DNA of 64,000 nt from Candidatus Sumerlaeia bacterium (GTDB taxonomy: Bacteria; Sumerlaeota; Sumerlaeia; SLMS01; JANRJK01), in contig JANRJK010000013.1 of the NCBI GenBank assembly GCA_033764015.1, positions 224,001 to 288,000 on the forward strand, written 5' to 3'. The first letter of the stretch is position 1; every line of letters begins with the position of its first letter. This document shows positions 9,640-19,114 of this stretch, piece by piece. The notes beneath the pieces are model-generated. The model saw only the letters and a list, made by a program, of their open reading frames with translations. It had not been told where the DNA came from and made no database searches. Made by a program: the position numbers and the translations under genes.

Positions 9640-10379
9640 GCGCCTGCCCCATCGCCTTCGGCGCGTTCAAGATCGGGCGCAACCAAGGCATCAAGTACCC
9701 CAGCGGCTACGAGCTGCCCTCCGACGCGGAGGCGGAAGCGCTGCTGAACGGCGCTCTCGATCTAGGCGTGCGCGTGATCGACACCGCGCCCGCCTACGGC
9801 GTGAGCGAGGAACGCATCGGACTCTACCTCGCGCACCGCCGCGCCGAGTTCTGGCTCTCGACGAAGGCGGGTGAGCGCTTCGAGGGCGGACGCTCCCACT
9901 ACGACTTCTCCCGCGACGCTATCGCGCGTTCGATCGACGAAAGTCTGGCGCGGCTCCGGACGGACCGGCTCGATTCGGTGCTGCTGCACCTCAATGCGGA
10001 GTCGGAGTCGCGCGACCTCGGGCCGGCCCGCGACGCGCTGCTCGCCGCGCAGGCGGAAGGCAAGGTGGGCTTGGTCGGCGCCTCGCCGGTGACGGAGGCG
10101 GGCCTGCGCCAATGCCTCCCTTGGGCGCAGATCCTGATGGCGGAAGTGAACCCGCTCGCCGCGCCGCTGGACGCGATCCTGGCCGGCCAGCAATCCGGCC
10201 GTGCGCCGGTGCTCGTGAAGAAGGCGTTTGCGAGCGGCCGCCTCGCCCCGGAGGAAGCGCTGCGCTTCGCGCTCGGCAAGGAGTACGTGGCCGCGGTGGT
10301 GGTGGGGACGCTCAGCTTGGAGCACCTTGCGGAGAACGTGCGGTTGGCGCGGGCGCTGCGCGGCGACGGCCCAGCGTGA
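9624..10379 (+). CDS. Aldo/keto reductase
   Basis: 'IDTAPAYGVSEERIG', 'STKAG', 'SLARLRTDRLDSVLLH'. Overlaps the upstream gene's 3' end. Confidence 0.85.
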   Translation: MDPRLSACPIAFGAFKIGRNQGIKYPSGYELPSDAEAEALLNGALDLGVRVIDTAPAYGVSEERIGLYLAHRRAEFWLSTKAGERFEGGRSHYDFSRDAIARSIDESLARLRTDRLDSVLLHLNAESESRDLGPARDALLAAQAEGKVGLVGASPVTEAGLRQCLPWAQILMAEVNPLAAPLDAILAGQQSGRAPVLVKKAFASGRLAPEEALRFALGKEYVAAVVVGTLSLEHLAENVRLARALRGDGPA

Positions 10380-10682
10380 AGGCGTCCATGCGCAGCGTCT
10401 TAGCCCCGCCGCGCCTCCGAACTGATCGACGCGATTCGACACACTTCGACCAGTTCGCCGGGTAAGGTCCCCGTTGATGAATGCGAGGCTCTTCGCGCTG
10501 ACTTCAAGAGGTCCGGTTGGGTTGAATCTCCCGGCCAAGATCGGGAATTCCGCGGATTGGCCAATGTTTCCGCCCTCTTGAGCAAGTAGAGCAAGGCGGT
10601 GAGCCCCCGTCCCAACCATGGATTCGCGTGGTTCTTCGCTGGCCCGGATCATGCCCCTCCGGCCCCCCGAAAGGGTCCCGCG

Positions 10683-11717
10683 ATGCAACGCCTCTTGAAG
10701 ATTCTTCTGCCGCTTCTCGCAGCGCTTCTGCTCCACGCATCGTGGGGCGGCGCGCAAGCACAGACCCCCGAGGGGATCCGCCCCTACAAGATCATCGGCA
10801 TCGCCGAGGACGATCCGCGCTTCCACCCGACCGACGACCTGGTCTACGCCGCCTGGCGGCGTGTGGAGCGCAACGCCGCCGGCCTGCGTTGGGAGGGCAC
10901 GGTGCTGGTCGTCTTCCTTGAGTCCGAAGCGGACTACCTGCGCGAGACAGGCACGCGGCCGGAGCACTTCGCCGCAGCCGCCGCCCCGGCGCGGCAAACC
11001 GTCTGGATCAACCCCGCCGCGTGGTCCCGCGACTCCGCCCGCGAGCGGGTGCAAGTGCTCGCCCACGAGTTCGTCCACATCCTGCTGCACGACCTGCCCG
11101 GCGGGCGCGACCTGCCGCTCTGGGCCGAGGAAGGCATCGCGATGCGCCTCGCCAACCAATGGTCGCCGATCGACCTGGCGGACTTCGCGCGGGCCCGCCT
11201 CTTCGGGACGGTGCCGGCGCTCGCGGAACTCGAGCGCGCGTTCCCGCAGGACGCCTCCACCGCGATGGCGTACACGGTCGCCTACCACGCCGTCGGCGAG
11301 ATGTCGAAGGAGTACAGCCCGGGCCCGGAGCGCGTCGCCGTGCTGGTCAACAAGCTGGCCGATCCGCGGCAGGGTCCGGCCATTTCCCGGTCGCTCCGCG
11401 ACCCGCTCCGGCGCGATGCCTACGACGACGCGGTCGTCGACGCGCTCGGCGGCTGGGCCACGATCGGAGTCATCGCCTTGAGTTCCGGAAGCTCGCTCAT
11501 CGTCTTCGCGGCGTTCCTCACCATCGCCGCGTTCTTCGTCCTCCGCCAGCGGCGCGCCGCCGCGCTCCGCCGCGAGCGCCAGGAGGAGCCCTGGGCCGAA
11601 AGCCTCACGCGCCAGGACATCGAGGACATCTACGGCGAACCGGAGGGGAAGTGGGACACGGACGACAAGCCCGCGCCCGCCCGCAAGAATCCCTGGCCCG
11701 AGGCGGAGGACAAGTGA
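10683..11717 (+). CDS. Zinc metallopeptidase, MA-like (gluzincin) with signal peptide and C-terminal TM
   Basis: HExxH 'LAHEFVH' plus downstream 'LPLWAEEGIA'. Confidence 0.75.
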   Translation: MQRLLKILLPLLAALLLHASWGGAQAQTPEGIRPYKIIGIAEDDPRFHPTDDLVYAAWRRVERNAAGLRWEGTVLVVFLESEADYLRETGTRPEHFAAAAAPARQTVWINPAAWSRDSARERVQVLAHEFVHILLHDLPGGRDLPLWAEEGIAMRLANQWSPIDLADFARARLFGTVPALAELERAFPQDASTAMAYTVAYHAVGEMSKEYSPGPERVAVLVNKLADPRQGPAISRSLRDPLRRDAYDDAVVDALGGWATIGVIALSSGSSLIVFAAFLTIAAFFVLRQRRAAALRRERQEEPWAESLTRQDIEDIYGEPEGKWDTDDKPAPARKNPWPEAEDK

Positions 11718-12118
11718 CCCCGCGCCCCCGCGTCCTGATCGCCTCCCACGACCGCGAGGCGGTGGACCAGCTCCGCATGCTGCTCGACGCCCGCGGCTAC
11801 CGGACGGAGGTCGAGCGGACCGGCCCCGCCTTGCTCGAGCGCGCCCGCTCCGCCCCACCCGCCGCGATCATCGCCAGCGTCCGCCTTCCCCGCCTGAACG
11901 GCTACGAGCTGCTCTGCGCCGTGCGCGCCGATTCGGCGCTCGCGAAGACCCCGGTGCTGCTGCTGTCCGATGTCACGACGGAGTCCGGAACCACCGATGC
12001 CGAGTGGGCGCGGCTCACGGAGGCGACCGCGTTCTTCACCGAGCCGATGGACCCGGAGGCGCTCCTCGGCGCCCTATCGGCGGCGCTCGGCCCTCAGAGC
12101 CCTTCCGCCAGCAACTGA
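11714..12118 (+). CDS. Single-domain atypical response-regulator receiver (CheY-like)
   Basis: GTGA overlap with the upstream gene. 'RVLIASHD...PAAIIASVRLPRLNGYELLCAVRAD..LAKTPVLLLS' follows the receiver fold pattern. Confidence 0.75.
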   Translation: MTPRPRVLIASHDREAVDQLRMLLDARGYRTEVERTGPALLERARSAPPAAIIASVRLPRLNGYELLCAVRADSALAKTPVLLLSDVTTESGTTDAEWARLTEATAFFTEPMDPEALLGALSAALGPQSPSASN

Positions 12119-13056
12119 CGGATGTACTCCGCCTCGGCGCGGAGCCCCTCTTCCAACTTCACCTTCGGCTCCCAATGCAGTTCGCCGCGCGCCGCCGCCG
12201 TGTCCGCGACGGTGTGCGACACGTCGCCGGGCTGGCGGGGGAGGCGTTCAATGTTCAGTTCCACTTCGGCGACACGGGCCAGCGTGGCGAGCACTTCGTT
12301 CACCGTGACGCGGCTGCCGCCGCCGATGTTGTAGACGCCGCCCGGGCGCCCGTGCAGCGCCGCGGCGATGTTCGCCTCCACCGCGTCCGCGATGAACGTG
12401 AAGTCGCGCGTCTGCTCGCCGTCGCCGTAAAGCGGGATGCGTCCGCCGGTGAACGCCGCGCGCAGGAACTTGTGGAACGCCATGTCGGGGCGCTGCCCCG
12501 GGCCGTAGACGGTGAAGTAGCGCAGCGAGGCCGTCTCGAGCCCGAAGTTGCGCGTGTATAGCACGCACAGGTGCTCCGCCGCCAGCTTCGTCACTCCGTA
12601 GGGCGACAGCGGTTCGGGGCGGTCGGTCTCGTAGAAGGGGAACGTGTCGCGCTCGCCGTAGACGCTGGACGAGGAGGCGTAAACGATGCGGGGGGGCTTG
12701 GGCTGGTGGCGGGCCGCTTCGAGGAGCACCTGCGTGCCGAGCACGTTCCAATCGGTGTAGAGGCGGAAGTCGCGCCCCCAGCTCGCGCGGACGCCGGCCT
12801 GCGCGGCTTGGTGGAAGACCACCGAGACGCCATCCAGGAGCGCCGCCCAGTCCGCCTCCGCGAGCCACGCCTCGTGGAACGCGAAGCCCGGGCGGCCACG
12901 AAGCGGCGCGAGGTTCCGCTCCTTCAGCGCGCGAGCGTAGTAGTCGGTGAAGGCGTCGAGGCCCGCGACCTCCCACCCGCGCGCGAGCAGCTCGCCGCAG
13001 AGCTTGGATCCGATGAAGCCGGCGGCGCCGGTGACGAGTGCTTTCACGGTCTGCAT
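12094..13056 (-). CDS. NAD-dependent nucleotide-sugar epimerase/dehydratase (extended SDR)
   Basis: 'VTGAAGFIGS', 'ASSSSVYG', YxxxK 'YGVTK', 'RYFTVYGPGQRPDMA'. Confidence 0.9.
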   Translation of the reverse strand: MQTVKALVTGAAGFIGSKLCGELLARGWEVAGLDAFTDYYARALKERNLAPLRGRPGFAFHEAWLAEADWAALLDGVSVVFHQAAQAGVRASWGRDFRLYTDWNVLGTQVLLEAARHQPKPPRIVYASSSSVYGERDTFPFYETDRPEPLSPYGVTKLAAEHLCVLYTRNFGLETASLRYFTVYGPGQRPDMAFHKFLRAAFTGGRIPLYGDGEQTRDFTFIADAVEANIAAALHGRPGGVYNIGGGSRVTVNEVLATLARVAEVELNIERLPRQPGDVSHTVADTAAARGELHWEPKVKLEEGLRAEAEYIRQLLAEGL

Positions 13057-13187
13057 GCCCCGGAACGAGTGTCGGGGCCATTGCCCGCCCGGGCGCGCAC
13101 GGTGTCCAGCGGAACGCGCGGGGAACCGCTTGCCGCTCCGCGCGCCGCGCGCTTTGCTCGCCGGATATCCCAGCGCGAGGCCCCCCG

Positions 13188-14561
13188 ATGAAGACGATCA
13201 TCGAGCCGTTCAAGATCAAGGCGGTCGAGCCGATCCGCATGACCACCGCGGACGAGCGCCGCGCGCTGCTCGCCGCCGCCGGGTACAACCCCTTCCTGCT
13301 CCGCGCGGAGGACGTGCTGATCGACCTGCTCACGGACAGCGGCACCTCCGCCATGTCCGCGGAGCAGTGGGCCGGCATCATGCGCGGAGACGAGAGCTAC
13401 GCCGGCGCCCGCTCGTGGCAGCGGTTCGAGTCGACCGTCCGCGAGTTGTACGGCTTCCAGCACATCATCCCCACCCACCAAGGGCGCGCCGCGGAGCGCA
13501 TCCTCTTCCAGCTCATCTGCAAGCCCGGCCACGTGGTGCCCAACAACACGCACTTCGACACCACCCGCGCCAACGTCGAGTTCACCGGCGCAAAGTGCCT
13601 CGACCTGGTGATCCCCGAGGGTCGCGACCCGCGCTCGACCCACCCCTTCAAGGGGAACATGGACCTCGCGGCGCTCGAACGCGCCATCGTGGAACACGGC
13701 GCCGGGAACATCCCGATCATCATGCTGACGGTGACCAACAACGCCGGCGGCGGCCAGCCGGTCTCCATGGAGAACTGCGCCGCCGTCTCCGCCATCGCGC
13801 GCCGCCACGGGATCCCCTTCTACCTCGACGCCTGCCGCATCGCGGAGAACGCGTGGTTCATCCGCGAGCGCGAGCCGGGCTACGGGCACTTCACGCCCAC
13901 GGAAATCCTCCGCGAGATGTGCGCGCTGGCGGACGGCTGCACCATGTCGGCGAAGAAGGACGGCCTCGCGAACATCGGCGGGTTCCTCGCCGGCAACGAC
14001 CCGAAGCTCGCGCAGCTCGAACGCAACCTGCTCATCCTCACGGAGGGCTTCCCGACCTACGGCGGCCTCGCGGGGCGCGACCTCGAGGCGGTCGCCATCG
14101 GCCTCCGCGAGGCGCTCGACGAGGACTACCTGCGTTACCGCGCGGCCTCGACGCGCTACCTCGGCGAGCACATCTCCCGCGCCGGCGTCCCGATCGTCCA
14201 GCCCCCCGGCGGCCACGCGATCTACATCGACGCGAAGGCGATGCTGCCGCACATCCCGCCCCGCGAGTACCCCGGACAGGCGCTCGCCTGCGCGCTGTAC
14301 GAGCACGCCGGCATCCGCGGCGTCGAGATCGGCACCGTCATGTTCGGCAAGGTCGGCCCGGACGGCCTCGACACCCCCGCGCCGATGGAGCTGGTGCGCC
14401 TCGCGATCCCGCGCCGCGTCTACACGCAGAGCCACATCGACTACTGCGTGGAGGCGATCCTCGAAGTGAACGAAGGCCGCGAAGAGCTGCGGGGCCTGCG
14501 CATGGTCGAGCAGGCCCCGTTCTTGCGCCACTTCACGGCGAGGTTCGAGCGGCTGGGATAG
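13188..14561 (+). CDS. tnaA: Tryptophanase (PLP beta-eliminating lyase)
   Basis: 'EPFKIKAVEP', 'IDLLTDSGT', PLP Lys motif 'MSAKKD'. C-terminal 'LRHFTARF' has His, where tyrosine phenol-lyase has Phe. Confidence 0.85.
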   Translation: MKTIIEPFKIKAVEPIRMTTADERRALLAAAGYNPFLLRAEDVLIDLLTDSGTSAMSAEQWAGIMRGDESYAGARSWQRFESTVRELYGFQHIIPTHQGRAAERILFQLICKPGHVVPNNTHFDTTRANVEFTGAKCLDLVIPEGRDPRSTHPFKGNMDLAALERAIVEHGAGNIPIIMLTVTNNAGGGQPVSMENCAAVSAIARRHGIPFYLDACRIAENAWFIREREPGYGHFTPTEILREMCALADGCTMSAKKDGLANIGGFLAGNDPKLAQLERNLLILTEGFPTYGGLAGRDLEAVAIGLREALDEDYLRYRAASTRYLGEHISRAGVPIVQPPGGHAIYIDAKAMLPHIPPREYPGQALACALYEHAGIRGVEIGTVMFGKVGPDGLDTPAPMELVRLAIPRRVYTQSHIDYCVEAILEVNEGREELRGLRMVEQAPFLRHFTARFERLG

Positions 14562-15864
14562 CGGTCCGAGCGGGAGTCGCGGTGCCGGTGGCACCCGCGA
14601 ACCAAGCCTCGTGATCTCGCACCGCCTTCTCGATGGCCTCGAGGTGCTCCTGCCCTTCGCGGCTGGCCCATGGCGAGTCGTCGGCCAACGCCGCCCGGAT
14701 TCGATCCAGCATGCCCCGACGGGCATTCACGGAGTTTGTGGCGATGGTGAGGGGCCGCTTGTCGGCGAGATCGCGGGCGAGCGCCTGCTCAACGGAGTAA
14801 AGGCCGACCATCGCCTCCTTCCGCCCCACCATTCCGGCGGGAGCGATCCAATCCTTGGCGGAAAGGTTCCCCTCGGGGATAATGGAGACCACGAGATAGT
14901 AGGTTGTGTTCAAGTGGGCTGGAATCGTTACTTGGCCGGGGGCATCGTTGACATAGATTCCCGCCGCAGGGCCAGCGACGGTCTTCTCGCTCCGGGGGCC
15001 GGACATCCGGTCCATCGTGGTCACCAGCGCCCAGAACCGCTGAACGGGCTCGCCCGTCTGGACGTTGGCGACCTGGAGGGTGAGGCTACCCCGCTCCGCA
15101 CGCATCAGGGGGACGTCTCCCAAGTTCATCCGTGCCGCGGCGGCGCGGTCGTGCTCCTCCTTCCAAGGGGCCGGATCGATCGGCGCCGGCGACGCCGGGG
15201 AAGGGACATCCGCCAGCACCCGCATCGCGATCTGAAGACCCTCGAAATACCTCAGAGTCGAGGGTGGTGCGGAAGAAATCGGCGCCAGCTCGATCGTGTT
15301 CTTGCCGAGATTGTGCCGTGTCGTGCGGCCCGATACCACCAGCGACTCGGGAACCCCGGGGGCCGAAAGCGTGAAGTTGGGGTTCTTGGTGGGCGGGGTC
15401 AGCCCCACGGACCACCCGATGGGCACCCCCGGCGAGTTGATCTCGACGGACCCCGAAAGCGGCTCGAAGCCGATCGCGCAGACGAAGAAGCGCAGGTCGG
15501 CTTCCTGCCAGAATTTCTCAGGGATTTCCACGGTGCCCGTGCTGTCGCTGAGGCAGAGCTTCCGGTGGCTGCGGACGGGGCGTCGACTGCCCAGCGAACC
15601 ATCCAGGTCGTACACGCTGCTCGTGGAGGAGACGTCCACGAGCGCCCCGGCGATCGGCTTGCCGTCGGCCGCGGAGACGAGCTGGACCGAGCCCTTGCGT
15701 GGCGGAGCGGGCGTCACCCTTTGGGCGCATGCCCCCAGCAACGCCATGCCGAAGAAGACCACTGCGGCTAGAAAGAGTGCCGGCGTCCGGGACCGCGCCC
15801 GGCGGCGCGGAAATGCGGCGCCGCCCCCCGACCCGCGCGACCGCTCCACCGGTCTGTCCATCAT
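14533..15864 (-). CDS. Hypothetical exported/lipoprotein with two carboxypeptidase-regulatory-like beta segments
   Basis: Hydrophobic stretch ending LLGA-C; 'GSVQLVSAADGKPIAGALVDV' and 'GSLTLQVANVQTGEPV'. Start uncertain. Confidence 0.5.
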   Translation of the reverse strand: MMDRPVERSRGSGGGAAFPRRRARSRTPALFLAAVVFFGMALLGACAQRVTPAPPRKGSVQLVSAADGKPIAGALVDVSSTSSVYDLDGSLGSRRPVRSHRKLCLSDSTGTVEIPEKFWQEADLRFFVCAIGFEPLSGSVEINSPGVPIGWSVGLTPPTKNPNFTLSAPGVPESLVVSGRTTRHNLGKNTIELAPISSAPPSTLRYFEGLQIAMRVLADVPSPASPAPIDPAPWKEEHDRAAAARMNLGDVPLMRAERGSLTLQVANVQTGEPVQRFWALVTTMDRMSGPRSEKTVAGPAAGIYVNDAPGQVTIPAHLNTTYYLVVSIIPEGNLSAKDWIAPAGMVGRKEAMVGLYSVEQALARDLADKRPLTIATNSVNARRGMLDRIRAALADDSPWASREGQEHLEAIEKAVRDHEAWFAGATGTATPARTAIPAARTSP

Positions 15865-15991
15865 GCCGTGCCCCCCTCGCGTCGCTAGGTGCGCGGCGCG
15901 GAGCGATCAACACGTCAACCGGTGTTCAATATCGCGCAAACCCGCGGAGCAGGGCAAGGCGGACAGGAAGCCGGCCAACGCGGCTCCATCG

Positions 15992-16501
15992 TCAGCCGAG
16001 GCGCACCCGCAGCTCCGCGAGGTTCGCCGGGAGCTCGCCCAGCGCCATCCGGATGTTGCTGAAGCGCGGGTCGCCGGTGACTTCCTCGAGCACGAGTCCG
16101 TCCGGCGTGGCCGGCATGTCCTCCGGCGTGTGCGACTCGTACTCGAGCAGCTCCAGCCCATCGAGCGCGCCGGCGAAGACGTCGTACTCGAACCCGCCCT
16201 CGAAGTAGTGGCGCCGCTTGACCAGCTTCCACGGGCAGAGCGCCAGCAGTTCGAGCGCGTCGCGCAGCGGGATCTCGTACTCGTACTCCGCTCGTGCCAC
16301 CTCCGCCGCGATGCCCTCCAGCACCGTGCCGGGGGGGAGCTGCTTCGACTTGATGTTCAGGTAGCCGCGGTCGCCCATGCGGCGGACGCGCACCACCGGC
16401 GATGTCGCGGTCAGGTATCCCTGGTCGATGGGCTCGGAGCGTTCCGGCAAGGCGATACGGCGCTCGCGCACGAGGAACTTGCGTTCGATCTCAATCGGCA
16501 T
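15992..16501 (-). CDS. CYTH-domain (triphosphate tunnel metalloenzyme) protein
   Basis: 'EIERKFLV', 'IDQGYL', 'VRVRR', 'EYEYEIP', 'EVTGDPRFSN'. Confidence 0.9.
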   Translation of the reverse strand: MPIEIERKFLVRERRIALPERSEPIDQGYLTATSPVVRVRRMGDRGYLNIKSKQLPPGTVLEGIAAEVARAEYEYEIPLRDALELLALCPWKLVKRRHYFEGGFEYDVFAGALDGLELLEYESHTPEDMPATPDGLVLEEVTGDPRFSNIRMALGELPANLAELRVRLG

Positions 16502-17660
16502 GGGCGTCGGCTCCGGTGCGGATTTGCGGACTGCGCCGCTCACGCGCGAGTTGTGCCAGCAGGTCCCGGATCGTCGCGGCGGCGTCCTTCCGGCGCAAGG
16601 TTCGGAGCGCGAGCGCCTGCGCCGCGGCGGCCCGCTCCCGTCGCAGGTCGCCCCGGTTGAGCGCCATCCGCAGCGCCGCGGGCAGGCTCGCCTCCGTCGG
16701 CGCGAGGAACGCCGTGCCCTCGTCCAGCGTGGCGGCGGCGTGGCGCGCCTGCGTGCTCAGCACCGGGCAGCCCGCCATCATGGCCAGCTCGAGCGCCCCG
16801 CCGACCGGCTCCCCGTCCGGTGGCAGCACCGCGAGATCCGCCGCGAGCAGCAGCGCCATCGCATCTTCACGGACTCCGAGGTGGGCGGCCTTCGGCGCCC
16901 GTCCCGCCAGGAGCGCGGCGATCCGGCGGTCCGACTCGTCCGCGGAGGTGTCGCCGGCGAGCGCGAGCCGCGCCATCGGGAAGCCCTCCGGCACCCCTTC
17001 CCAGGCTGCGAGCAGCGCCGGCACGCCCGCAGCGGCGGAGATCGGCCCGAGGTAAAGCGCCACCAGCTCCTCCGCGCGCCAGCCGAGTTCGCCCCGGAGC
17101 CGCTCGCGCCGAGCGGCGGCGTCCGCGGGCCGATCGGGCGCCCCCGCTCGGATCGTGCGCACCCGCGCGCCGAGGTCGCCCGCGACGAACGCCTCCGCGC
17201 ACTCCGCCGACGCGAACGCGACCACGCCCGCGCAGGCGCGGATCACCGCTCGCTTCACCCGGAAGGCGGGTCCGGCGCCGTGCCGCTCGGGGACATACCA
17301 AAGCGTCGGAATCCGCAACGCCGAGGCCGCGAGGCCGGGGATGATCTGGGTGCCGCTCAGGATGAAGGCGGCCTCGCAACGGTGCGCGCGGAGGAGCGAC
17401 GCGACCGCCAGTCCGTAGCGCGCCTTCCCGACGGCAAGGCCCGCCCGGGCCCCCGCGGGCACCTCCTCCAACGCCGACTCCTCGAGGTCCAGCTCGGCGC
17501 AACGGGTGCCGGACGCCTCGACCCGCGGACGCAACGGGCTCTTGTTGGGGAACACCGCGAGCGCGTCGGGCCCGCCGAGGCCGTCCTCCGCGATCATCTC
17601 CGCCAGCCACCTCGCGGACGGCGCGGGGAAGCCCGTGTGGAAGACGAACGCCGTCCTCAC
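16491..17660 (-). CDS. Glycosyltransferase family 4 (GT-B), divergent
   Basis: 'HLGVREDAMALLLAADLAVLP..EP....LAMMAGCPVLST'; GTGA coupling to the upstream gene. Confidence 0.7.
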   Translation of the reverse strand: MRTAFVFHTGFPAPSARWLAEMIAEDGLGGPDALAVFPNKSPLRPRVEASGTRCAELDLEESALEEVPAGARAGLAVGKARYGLAVASLLRAHRCEAAFILSGTQIIPGLAASALRIPTLWYVPERHGAGPAFRVKRAVIRACAGVVAFASAECAEAFVAGDLGARVRTIRAGAPDRPADAAARRERLRGELGWRAEELVALYLGPISAAAGVPALLAAWEGVPEGFPMARLALAGDTSADESDRRIAALLAGRAPKAAHLGVREDAMALLLAADLAVLPPDGEPVGGALELAMMAGCPVLSTQARHAAATLDEGTAFLAPTEASLPAALRMALNRGDLRRERAAAAQALALRTLRRKDAAATIRDLLAQLARERRSPQIRTGADAHAD

Positions 17661-19114
17661 GGGGAGGAGCGCCCGGCCTCCAGCGGCTCGCGCGCGAGCC
17701 GCCGCACCGTCTCCGCCACCCCGAGCAGCACGCCGATCAGCAGGTACGTGCGGATCGTCCCGAAGGTGTCCTGCATCAGCATCGTCACCGCGACCTGCGC
17801 GACCAGCGCGGCGAGCGCGGCCAGCAGGTTGATCGACTCTCGGTCGTCCAACGCCTTCGCCGTCCGGTACGCGCGAAACCACGTCCAGGCCAGCGAGGCG
17901 ACGAACAGCAACCACAGCGACACGCCCGCCAATCCGTATTCCGTGATCATCTGCACGTAGCCGAGGTCGATATAGAAGCGCTCCTGCCACGTGTCCTGGA
18001 TGGCGAACGTTTCGCCGACGGGGCGGTACTGCTTCCAGAAGTGGTCGTAGTAGTTGTGGCCGATCCCGGTAAGCGGGTTCGCCTTCACCATCTCGATGGC
18101 GATCGTCAGGTTGTCGTGGCGCTGCGCGAGCGATGCGTCGAGCCGCACGCTCTGCGCGCGCTGGAAGCGCTCGAGCAGCTTCACCCCGACGACCGGGGCC
18201 AGCAGCAGCGCCGTGGCGAGCACGCCTCCCGCAAGCAGGCGGCGGTGCTCCCACCGGCAAAGGGCGATGAAGACCGCCACCATACCGCCGAGAATGAACG
18301 GCGTCTGCCGGTTCAGCGTCAGCACCGACGCCACCGCCAGCACCAGCACGATCCCGCTGTACACCAGCCGCAGATGCTTCGACACCGTGGTCGTCAGCAG
18401 GTAGAGGCCCATCAGCGCGAAGTAGCTGTTGATGAAGCCAAATTGGATCGAGTCCTTCGCCATGCCGTTGATGCGCGGAGTCCCGTTCCACGCCGTGACG
18501 TATCGGGGCAGCGTGCGGAAGTCGAGCCCGAGGGCGAACTCCGCGAGCCCCACGAGGCCCATCGCGAACGCGATCCCGAGCGTGAACTGGAGCAGGCGCC
18601 GCCGCCTCATGCGCTCGTGGAACCTCCCCGCCAGCACCAGCAGCAGGAAGAAGTACAGCACGGGCTGGTAGTAGAGCGCCGCGCCCTCGGGCCGCTTCAC
18701 GACCGCCATCGACAGGAAGTACGCGTGGAACGCGGCGAAGGCCACCATCGGCGCGGTGATCCGCCCGTGCCAGCCGCGCAGGTACAACTCGATCAGCGCG
18801 GATGCGAGGAAGAACACCGCCGCCAGGCGATTGAGCGACACCGGGAGGCCGGGCAGCAGGATCTCGCCGCCGAAGGTCGTCAGCAGATACAAGGGGAGCG
18901 TCACCGCGGTCCCGAGCAGCATCACGCCGACGCCGATGGGCAGCGCGATCATCGGCAGGACCCAGTCGGGACGCAGCAGCGACAGGGCCAGCAGCACGAG
19001 CGGGTAGAGGAGGCCAAGCGCGGCGAGCGTGTTGCGCGCCCCGCGCGGAAGCGCGGCCGAAGGGGCCCCCTGCGACAGCAGCGACCACAGGGGTGGAGGC
19101 GAGGCGAGGCTCAC
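17657..19114 (-). CDS. O-antigen ligase/polymerase (Wzy_C) family membrane protein
   Basis: Multi-TM protein with 'RING..KDSIQFG', 'LTLNR', 'AIEMVKANPLTGIG' and 'YVQMITEYGLAG'. Confidence 0.75.
   Translation of the reverse strand: MSLASPPPLWSLLSQGAPSAALPRGARNTLAALGLLYPLVLLALSLLRPDWVLPMIALPIGVGVMLLGTAVTLPLYLLTTFGGEILLPGLPVSLNRLAAVFFLASALIELYLRGWHGRITAPMVAFAAFHAYFLSMAVVKRPEGAALYYQPVLYFFLLLVLAGRFHERMRRRRLLQFTLGIAFAMGLVGLAEFALGLDFRTLPRYVTAWNGTPRINGMAKDSIQFGFINSYFALMGLYLLTTTVSKHLRLVYSGIVLVLAVASVLTLNRQTPFILGGMVAVFIALCRWEHRRLLAGGVLATALLLAPVVGVKLLERFQRAQSVRLDASLAQRHDNLTIAIEMVKANPLTGIGHNYYDHFWKQYRPVGETFAIQDTWQERFYIDLGYVQMITEYGLAGVSLWLLFVASLAWTWFRAYRTAKALDDRESINLLAALAALVAQVAVTMLMQDTFGTIRTYLLIGVLLGVAETVRRLAREPLEAGRSSP

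Noticed and set aside
10400..10615. 71-aa minus-strand ORF in the intergenic region
   Set aside because: No RBS, atypical codon usage and no motif; the region is reported as a candidate structured element instead.
13057..13187. Possible TnaC-like leader peptide upstream of tnaA
   Set aside because: I found no short Trp-containing ORF with the TnaC pattern; the spacer is a short divergent promoter region.
15909..15926. Short inverted repeat aacac-N8-gtgtt upstream of the orphan exported gene
   Set aside because: The arms are only 5 bp and it occurs once; it cannot be distinguished from chance.
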